In this document: in pieces, positions 56,589 to 64,000 of the stretch
Position numbering within the stretch: position 1 is the stretch's first letter
Layout of the letters: the number at the start of each line of letters is the position of its first letter
Source: a virus
Length of the DNA: 64,000 bases
Strand: one strand, 5' to 3'
IMG/VR virus record: IMGVR_UViG_3300044739_000018
Coordinates: 1 to 64,000 of that record
The notes under the pieces: model-generated
Databases searched by the model: none
What the model saw: only the letters and a program-made list of their open reading frames with translations
What the model was told of the DNA's origin: nothing
Program-made: the position numbers and the translations under genes

Positions 56589-56618
56589 ATTTCCACAGGC
56601 CGCGGCAGGTTATCCACA
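56589..56618 (+). promoter_or_regulatory. Two DnaA-box-like sites (ATTTCCACA 56589, TTATCCACA 56610)
   Basis: One perfect TTATCCACA and one single-mismatch box, 21 bp apart, upstream of the moxR promoter. Confidence 0.5.
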
Positions 56619-56645
56619 GCCGTTGGTGCTTTCGCTCAACGAACG

Positions 56646-58410
56646 TTACTCCGTGTCGCTGTCCTCGACGACTGGCAGGACAGGCGTCCTGTTGAACAGC
56701 CGTTGGGTGAGGTAGGGGATGAAAAGGTCCAGGAAGACTTCCGCCGAAGTTGCCGGGACGTGGATGGCCCAGGTTCGCGGCGGGGTGCCATAACCAGGGT
56801 TGACGTTGACATCCTCGACGCCGTGAAGTTGCAACAGGTCGTGGAGACGGGTCCAGGGTTCCGCGGCCTTTTCGGCTGCTTGCTGGTTGAGCTTGGCCTG
56901 GATGTCCTTCTTTGCCTGCTCGAACCGCTTTTCCTCGACACCTTCCTCTACTTGCTCCCATGGCTTGATCTTGCGGCTGGAGCACTTGATCGTCGAGGGG
57001 TTGCCCTGGCCGTCCTTGATGGGACTCCAGTCGTCATCCATCAATGTCAGCGTGTGTAGGGCGTCGTAGCCGTCGCTGCTGTCGATGTACTTGACCTGCG
57101 CCTTGCGAGCAGCGGAGTGTTTACGCGGGACGTATGCGACTCTCATTCCGTACCGCATCTGTCGTCGGTTCACGGCAGGGTTGGCTCCACGTCTGCTTCC
57201 TCCTCTGTTGTTCCGTCGCGCAGCTTGCTGCGCATTTCGTAGTCGGCGGGAAGGTCGAACCTCTTGCTACAGATCCCACACATGAGGATCTCGCCCTGGA
57301 TGTTGCTGTCGAACGCCTTCTTGTCGTGAGCCAGGAACTTGCCGTTGTCCTCCACGTGGTAGAAGAACTCGTTGTTCCTGACGAGCACGAAGCTGCCCGC
57401 ATGGCCCTCGGGGCAACGCAGCACCGGAATTGATGCCAGCAGCCTGCTGATTTCGTCTTGCTCGCTCACTCAGTACCTCCTTCCAGGCTCTCGTGAAGCT
57501 CCATGAGCTTCTCCACTGTGCCATCAATGTCATCGGGCGTCACCTTGATGGCGACGATGTTCTCGACGTTGAGGATCGTGCGCAGCCGTGCCCTGCCACT
57601 CTTGGTCTTTTGCCAGGAGTACGCCTTCTTGGGCGCGCCATCAGGTGTGACCTCAGTAAGCGTGACCGAGCAGGATGGCTTCCCGCTGCGCATGATCGGC
57701 TTGCCCTCTGAGTTATTGCGGTTGATGCGCTCCACGATGCCGAACCGCAGGTCAGCGGAGCTTCCGGACACGGCGGCGTAGGCCACAAGATCACCGGGGC
57801 CATACGCTGTCCCCAAAGGATCACTCCAGCCCGGCCATTCCTCTTTCTTAGGCAAGATCAGCCTCCAGCTTTCGTAGCGAGTTCACGACTTCCGCGATGT
57901 CAGCGTCGGTCGTGGAGACCGGATAGACCATCGCTACACCCTTGTGGTCTGGGCCAAGCCCGCTGGCCGTTGGGTGGTTTTCGATGCCAGCGTCACGCCG
58001 CCAGTTGTAGACCTCCTTGCACGAGGCACAAGTGGAGTTGTGCTGGCCCCACCAGTGCTCTCGCTTGCCGTGTTGGCCCCGGCATCCTGCCTCCTTGGAG
58101 CACAACTCGGGGCACACTGTCACTTCCTCGCCGCCCCACAGTGATCTGCGTTCGGTGGGATACTTCACGCCAGGTCCTTCTCCATGGAGAGCAGCTTGTT
58201 GATGGCAGCCTGCACTTCGTTGTCGGTGGGCAGAGTGCCTACCTCCGCGACGCTCAGCTCTTGCACGGCCTCCAGGATTTCCTCCTGGGTGACACCTTCG
58301 GATTGCAAGCGGAGGATGTACTCCGGGTCCCGAAGGCCGACAATGATCTCGTCAGTCGTGCAGTCGTACACACGCCAGCGGTCAACGTCGAACGCAATGC
58401 GGGAGTTCAT
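56646..58410 (-). CDS. Five hypothetical proteins (56646-57173, 57170-57469, 57466-57855, 57848-58168, 58165-58410)
   Basis: Contiguous overlapping minus-strand ORFs. Confidence 0.5.
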
Positions 58411-59228
58411 ACTGCTACCTGCTTGTTGGTGAAGGTGCCGTCAAGCTGGGCGATCATGCACTCCAGCGGCGACTTGTCGGTGCGCTGCCGGATCAGGCGG
58501 GGCTGCACGAGCCGAGGCTTGTCGGGGTTGACGCAGTAGAGGAACTTGACCTCAATTACGTCGCCAACTTTCAGGTCATTACCGCGCTTTCCGATGATCG
58601 AGGACTTGCCTATTTCGACAATTTTTCCGTCCTTGAACACGCCATAGGCGCAATTGTCCTTGCCGTCAACGTGCATTCTGGTGACGATGGCGTCCACCGT
58701 CTTGACGAACTTGTGTTTGCGCATGATGTCCACGCGTCTGCCGGGACGGTAGGTGCCATCGAGCTTCTTGAACATGACACCTTCGCAGTCCTTCGCGAGC
58801 ATTTCGTCCAGGAGGGCACGCTTGTCAGCCTCATCCTTGGCGCAGACCGAGAGCTGGATGCAGTCGGATGGTGCCCACTTGGCAAAGAACACTTCCAGAG
58901 CCTTACGCCTGGTCCTGTACGGCGTGTTCAGGCCGATGTGCGTGCCAGCGACGGGAAGGTCGAACACAACCAGGGTGTCCCCGATCATTTCTCCGTCCCA
59001 GACCCAGGTGCCGGTGGTGAAGGCGCGGAACTCGGCGGCCAGTCTCGGCGGCAGGATGGTGCGGCTGGAGTCCCGGCCGCGGAGAGCGGTGATCTCACCA
59101 TCTTCGATGTGGACCATGTAGCGCACGCCGTCGTACTTGCGCTCCGCCCACCACTCGTCAGACGTGAGGTAGAACTCGGAACGATTTGACTCGGCGTTGT
59201 TCGCCATCATGGGGCTAAGCAAATCCAT
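58407..59228 (-). CDS. ATP-dependent DNA ligase (minimal)
   Basis: ERKYDGVR (motif I), DGEM, VFDL, EGVMFK, KHK, OB-fold EVKF..PRL. Confidence 0.88.
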   Translation of the reverse strand: MDLLSPMMANNAESNRSEFYLTSDEWWAERKYDGVRYMVHIEDGEITALRGRDSSRTILPPRLAAEFRAFTTGTWVWDGEMIGDTLVVFDLPVAGTHIGLNTPYRTRRKALEVFFAKWAPSDCIQLSVCAKDEADKRALLDEMLAKDCEGVMFKKLDGTYRPGRRVDIMRKHKFVKTVDAIVTRMHVDGKDNCAYGVFKDGKIVEIGKSSIIGKRGNDLKVGDVIEVKFLYCVNPDKPRLVQPRLIRQRTDKSPLECMIAQLDGTFTNKQVAV

Positions 59229-59509
59229 GTTGCTCCCTTCGGTTCAGTTCGTTCGCCATGTCTGCCAGCTTCATGGCGACATGGGCCAGTTGTTCCTCGG
59301 TGATGACCTCGGTGACTACGCTGTCGAGGTGACAGGAGCACACACACGGCGGGCTACCTGCCCTTTTGATGATGCCGTCGCACTTCCCGTGCGAGCTGAC
59401 CTGTGAGCAATTGCCCTGTGCCTGGTTGTGCCAGTGTTCACACGCCGCCTTGCCGAGCCTCTGATACTCGGTAAGCCACGTGCCACAGACCGTGCAGTGG
59501 TAGTGGTCG

Positions 59510-59962
59510 TTAGAACTCAAGACCAAACGCCTTCCGCTCTCGGCGCTTCTGTCGCCACTTCCTCATGTACTCGCGTCGTTCCTCGGTACAAGAAGGCGTG
59601 GACGGGCAGTCGGCCTTGCTGCGGCAGCCGTAGGTGTAGCCGGTGACGGTGCCGTGGGGAATCTGCTCCGCCGTGTGGTTGTGCTCACCGTTGACGCAGT
59701 TCTCATGCGAGGCACCGTGCTTTCGGTAGTCGCGTGGTGCGGGCTTGGCGAAGAACGGCTTGACCAGGTGTGAGTCGGGATCGTTGAGGATCTGGAACAC
59801 ACGTTGACGTGAGACGCCGTAAATCTTGCCGATGGCCTCCAACGTCCAGTGCTTGTCCCGCAGCAACTTCATGTGCTGGTTCCGCTCGGCTAGTTCGCGC
59901 CGTACCGCCATGACGGCATCGAACTTTGCCTGCGAAGCCAGCTCGCGATCCCGCCGATTCAC
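59510..59962 (-). CDS. HTH DNA-binding protein (sigma-70 region-4-like)
   Basis: WTLEAIGKIYGVSRQRVFQIL; C-terminal HGT..GY..GCR motif. Confidence 0.65.
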   Translation of the reverse strand: MNRRDRELASQAKFDAVMAVRRELAERNQHMKLLRDKHWTLEAIGKIYGVSRQRVFQILNDPDSHLVKPFFAKPAPRDYRKHGASHENCVNGEHNHTAEQIPHGTVTGYTYGCRSKADCPSTPSCTEERREYMRKWRQKRRERKAFGLEF

Positions 59963-61113
59963 TGGCCCCGAGTTACGTCACGCCAGCGGGCATCGACCTC
60001 TTTGGCCGACCCGCCGTACCGCCTGCGACGCGTTGTCTCGCCCCACCCAAAGCAAGCTGCTCCGACGCCAGCGCAGGCCCAGAAGATGATGCCGCCCACC
60101 GCGCTGGCACAGAAGATGCGGACGAGGCCGAAAGCGATCCGGCCTGCGTCAGTGGGGTTGGCCTTGGCTCCGTCCACGACGGCAACGATGCCGCCAATGA
60201 ACAGGATGTAGAAGCCCACGTAGAAGCCGAGGACGACTCCTGCGAGGATGAACAGAACTCCGAGGATGTACTTCACATTCTCTCCTGTCGCATGGTGGGG
60301 TCGCTCTCCATCCACCTGGGGGTCTTGGGATCTTTGGCGACGCGGGACTCCAACTCCAGCTTCGCCTGTTCGAGCCGTCGTCCGAGCGCCACGTAGTCGG
60401 TCTGCTCCTGCAACTCGCGCAGGGACTTGTCGAGGTAGTCAGACTTCTCGCGCTCCAGTGCCCACCGCTTGCGGTCCAACTCCAACTTGCGTTCCTTGGG
60501 ATGGACGATGCCGCTGTACGCGGCAGCGATGAGGGCGAGAGCGATGATGGTCAGACAGATCGTGAGAATCATCAGACCTCCGTGGTGTCCGCCACGAGCA
60601 GCACGGCGGGGATGATGTCGTCGATGCCGGGGTCAAGGCCGCACTCGGTGACGGGATACACGTCCAGGGCCTCCACCCAAACGGGCAGGTTTCCGTCGTG
60701 CTCCTGGAGTGCTGCGATCAGTTCGCTGACAGTCATGATGCCTCCTGCTCCGGGTTGGTGTCGGGAAGCTGTCCCTTCATGAGATCCTGCGCCATGCGCA
60801 GAGCCGAAGCGGCAGCGTCGTCCACTTTCTTTTCTTCCTCGGACTTCTGCTGGCCCTTCATCATTTCCTCGAACGCGGCGTTGACCTCGTCCGCGTCATC
60901 GAGGCGCTCGTGCTCAGGCGTCTGCTCCCGAGTTGCCTCGGCAGCCACCGCCTTCTGGGCGTCCTCGTCGAAGATGAACATGGCTTGGACCATGTGCGGG
61001 CCGTTGTCCATGTTCGGGAGTACTGCGAAGGTGTGCAGTTCCAGACCGGCTTCCTTTGCGACCTTCTCCAGATGCTCACAGAGCTTCTTGATCGGGTCCA
61101 TCGGGTCTGCCAA
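59959..61113 (-). CDS. Small hypothetical proteins (membrane proteins 59959-60276 and 60273-60572; 60733-61113)
   Basis: Coupled ORFs; hydrophobic segments in the first two. Confidence 0.5.
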
Positions 61114-61611
61114 TTACTTCACCGCCTTTCGGGTACGGGCCTTGGGGGCCGCCTTGGGTGTGGGTGTGGGCGGAGTTTCGTCCAGCGTCGACATGTTGAT
61201 GCCGAAGATCCCAGCCAGCAATGCCGAGGTCACGGTGTGGAGCAGCTCAGCGGCGAGGCGCACCTGGGGCACATCCCTGGAGTGGTCACCGATGGCCCTC
61301 TCGATGCGGTCCAAGTCGGACTTGGCACGCTCGATCTTGCCGTGAAGCTCGATGCCCCGCTTGTTCTTCATCTGCTTGTTCTCGCTGCCGTTGATGCACT
61401 CGTCCAGAGCGACGGCAAGGTGCTGGACCGTCGTGACGAGTTCCTGAGCCTCGACGTAGGCGTTGGCGGTCGTAGTCAGCGGCGGTGGCTGGGCGATGTT
61501 GACCAGGCGGGCGAGTGCGTCAGCGAAGTCGATGGGCTTTGCGGGCGGTGTTGCGGTCGTGTCGAGGACGCCTTCGACTGCGACGACTTGTACGTCGAGA
61601 ATGACCTTCAT
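61114..61611 (-). CDS. Stand-alone homolog of the MoxR C-terminal helical domain (closest copy)
   Basis: LAVALDECINGSENKQMKNKRGIELHGKIERAKSDLD...LLAGIFGI; 28 of 37 identical to the MoxR segment; start ATG 61611. Confidence 0.8.
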   Translation of the reverse strand: MKVILDVQVVAVEGVLDTTATPPAKPIDFADALARLVNIAQPPPLTTTANAYVEAQELVTTVQHLAVALDECINGSENKQMKNKRGIELHGKIERAKSDLDRIERAIGDHSRDVPQVRLAAELLHTVTSALLAGIFGINMSTLDETPPTPTPKAAPKARTRKAVK

Positions 61612-62729
61612 GACTGCTCCTTGTTTTTCAGTTCGGTTGCCAGGGCTTGTAGGGACAGGCTGGTGGCGAGGACACTCTCGAAGGGAAGCCCGTCGTAGAG
61701 CACGCCACCATTCTGCTTGTTGTTGTATTCGATGCGGTCGATCTTGTCGGTTTCGAGCACCATGAATCCGCTGCTGTTGCGGGTGCCGGTGTAGATGCCC
61801 GGGCTGTAGAGCTTGCCGTTGGGCACGGTGATGGCACCGAACCTGCCGCGGTGCTCCGTGCCATCGTCCATTGTGATCTTCATGATCGGCTTCGGGTCCT
61901 GCTTCTTGGCCCACATGAACACGTCGATCACGTCTTTGGGTGTGGCATCAGGAAAGACGATGCCACCCGAGCTGCCTTGCACGATGGGCATTACGGTTCC
62001 ACGACTTCGTAGCCGGGGATGTAGCCGACTTCCACCAGCCACTTCGCAACTGCCTCGGGACCGTTGGCGGCGATCTTGGCAAGTTCATGGTTCATGGCGT
62101 CCTGCGCCAAGTCCCAGAGGTCGCCTTCATCCAGAATCTCGTCGGGATCGTCGGTTACGTGGATCTTCACGTGTACTTCTCCTTGATCTTGGTGATCTCA
62201 TGCTCGTCCAGGCGTGCTTCGATCTCCTTCACGCGGGCGGCGAGGCAGATGATGCACTGGTCGTTCAGGACCCCATGAGGACAAGCCGCTGCTGGCTTTG
62301 AGGACACCCGACGCCTGGGAACGGACGTTGGTACTTGTCCGGTTGCCTGCAACATGCGCTGGTGCTCGGCCTGGTCAATGAGGGCAGCCAAAGCCGAGGA
62401 ACCCTCGACCGTTTCCCCTGCGGCTTCCAGTTCTTTGCGCCGCTCTTGTGCCCGCCTGAGCAGGCGCTCAGGAATCTCGGTCACCGGATCTGTTCACACC
62501 TGTTGAGCGGGAAGTTGCTCAGCAGGTCTGGGTAGCCATCACCCGAGACGTGATCGTCGTAAACGTCCCTTGGCACCCAATAGATCGAAGCGCCGGGCAC
62601 GTAGCGTGCCAGCGTCTCGATATCGAGGTAGTCGGGCTTGGCCTGGTCGTGAACCCGTCCGTCCACGTACACAGCGTTGTAGCTATCGCTCTGCACGAGG
62701 ACGGTACGGGTGCCATTGGGCAGGTCCAC
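61608..62729 (-). CDS. Small hypothetical proteins (61608-61991, 62167-62484, 62481-62729)
   Basis: Coupled ORFs downstream of the Ku-like gene. Confidence 0.5.
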
Positions 62730-63529
62730 TAGCTGACAGCCTCGATGCTGGCAGCGAGCAGCGCCTCGAAGTCCTGCTCCGGCGAACGCTTGGGAGTGGA
62801 CGGCGTGCTGGAAGCGGGCACCGGAGCACCCATCTTGGCAGCGACCAACTCAGCGATGCGCTGGCGGGTCTTGCTGGCGTAGTCGCCCGGATCGAACGCC
62901 TCGGCCAGCGTCTCGATGAACTGGAGCGCCTTCTGGACGGTCTTGTCCTCGACCGTGGCCGAGTCGGTGCTGATCCCGTTCACGTCCTCGGGCCGGAGAA
63001 GCTCGGTGACGACGAGGTTGCCGTTCCATGCCCGCAGCCGCACCAGCTTGGTGCCACCCCGGCTCATCGCGATCTCACCCAGGAAGGCGTACTCGGCGTC
63101 CGGGTCCTGCAAGATGGCGAGGAGAACAGCGTGAAGCTGGTTCTTGGCCGAGGGGATGAAGGCGTACGAGTTACCCAGCGGGTAGGTGTACGGCTCCACT
63201 TCCTCGATTTTGTGCGGGACGAGGACGAGCATGCCCTTGTCCAACTCCGACTTCTTGGCCTCCGCGACCTCGTCGGCGTCGACCAGCACGTAGTTGTCCT
63301 TGCTGGTCTCACGCATCCGGCCACACTCGCCGGTCTTGCCGATGACGCCGTGCTGCTCACAGATGTAGGTCTGCGAGACACCGTGGGCGTCAGCGACGGT
63401 GGAGTGAGGACAGGCCAGCTTGAAGCCTTCCTCCTTGTCTGCACCCGACCGCTTGATCGGGTAGAAGTCGCCCTGCATCTGCATCAGCGGACCCAGGGAG
63501 ATTGTTACGTTGCTCTGCGCCTTGCGCAT
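62729..63529 (-). CDS. ku: Ku-like DNA end-binding protein
   Basis: TISLG, YVLVDADEV, SYAFIP, LLRPEDV, ALQFIETLAEAFDPGDY...RIAELVAAK, DFEALLAASI follow the bacterial Ku core pattern. Confidence 0.75.
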   Translation of the reverse strand: MRKAQSNVTISLGPLMQMQGDFYPIKRSGADKEEGFKLACPHSTVADAHGVSQTYICEQHGVIGKTGECGRMRETSKDNYVLVDADEVAEAKKSELDKGMLVLVPHKIEEVEPYTYPLGNSYAFIPSAKNQLHAVLLAILQDPDAEYAFLGEIAMSRGGTKLVRLRAWNGNLVVTELLRPEDVNGISTDSATVEDKTVQKALQFIETLAEAFDPGDYASKTRQRIAELVAAKMGAPVPASSTPSTPKRSPEQDFEALLAASIEAVS

Positions 63530-63562
63530 ACCGCAACCCCTTTCGTTTCGTTTGGCGCTGGC

Positions 63563-63591
63563 ACTTTGCCAGCAAGTTTGGTGCGTGTCAA
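63563..63591 (-). promoter_or_regulatory. Possible promoter of ku (TTGACA-N17-CAAAGT)
   Basis: Perfect -35, weak -10. Confidence 0.4.
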
Positions 63592-63602
63592 GGCCCGGTT
63601 TC

Positions 63603-63983
63603 TCACCAGGCCATGTATTTCGGTCGTGTCTCGTCGGTGAGCCACTCCAGGCTGACTGGCTTGCCGCTCAACACTCGTTGGCAGATTTGGTTGTCGCAGC
63701 GGTGGGCTTCCTCGGCCATGCGAGTTGCCCAGCGTGCCAGGCTGGCATCATCGCCACCACGGCTTGTATTGCAGCGGTGGCAGGCAATGACGAGGTTCGC
63801 GTTGTCGTTGCCACCACCGTTGCGCCGCGAGACAAGGTGCTCGATGGTCCGCATGTTGCGCTTCGTGATGCCCGCTGTGGAGGGAAGCGGTGGCCTCAGG
63901 ACGTGTGTCTCCACGCCACACCAATGGCAGTTCGGGCCGTCACGAGCAACGAGCTTCTCGGCCTTGCGGCCCGCCCAGCCCAT
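63603..63983 (-). CDS. HNH endonuclease
   Basis: RDGPNCHWCG...TIEHLVSRRNGGGNDNANLVIACHRCN. Confidence 0.85.
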   Translation of the reverse strand: MGWAGRKAEKLVARDGPNCHWCGVETHVLRPPLPSTAGITKRNMRTIEHLVSRRNGGGNDNANLVIACHRCNTSRGGDDASLARWATRMAEEAHRCDNQICQRVLSGKPVSLEWLTDETRPKYMAW

Positions 63984-64000
63984 GCTGTTCGTGCCACCGA

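Noticed and set aside
1-64000. tRNA/rRNA genes, integrase, attP
   Set aside because: None recognised by eye; tRNAscan-SE/Aragorn on the gaps at 20139-20364, 42155-42356 and 50329-50565 would be needed to exclude small RNAs

Overview
A 64-kb, GC-rich segment of a large tailed (siphovirus-like) phage of an actinobacterial host. The host inference rests on Pup, WhiB, a LexA box of the CGAAC-N4-GTTCG type and a PafBC-type promoter. The left arm (+ strand, 1-33160) runs: end of the probable major tail protein, tail assembly chaperone with a -1 frameshift, 1531-aa tape measure, tail tip, LamG and glycine-rich appendage genes, a phage-encoded Pup, a papain-like peptidase, and an endolysin/holin cassette. 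It continues with a replication/recombination block: XRE HTH, Cas4-like exonuclease, Sak4-like ATPase, SSB, MazG-like protein, primase-helicase, N4-C methyltransferase, class II RNR, WhiB, KTSC and family-4 UDG. The right arm (- strand, 33160-64000) is an accessory region with an SPFH-like lipoprotein, RuvB, a pseudokinase-VWA-PurA-like module, a DUF6744-like protein, a MoxR/RavA-type AAA+ ATPase with a ViaA-like VWA partner, an ATP-dependent ligase, Ku and HNH nucleases. Five observations stand out. (1) The C-terminal helical domain of the MoxR ATPase recurs in three separate small genes. (2) An intact Pup sits next to the tail-appendage genes. (3) A PafBC-type promoter plus a LexA box lies directly upstream of the recombination operon. 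(4) The pseudokinase-VWA-PurA-like module has a PurA with a rewired aspartate-binding loop. (5) An ungapped 41-bp co-oriented repeat occurs at four gene boundaries. All calls come from visual motif recognition; no database searches were run.
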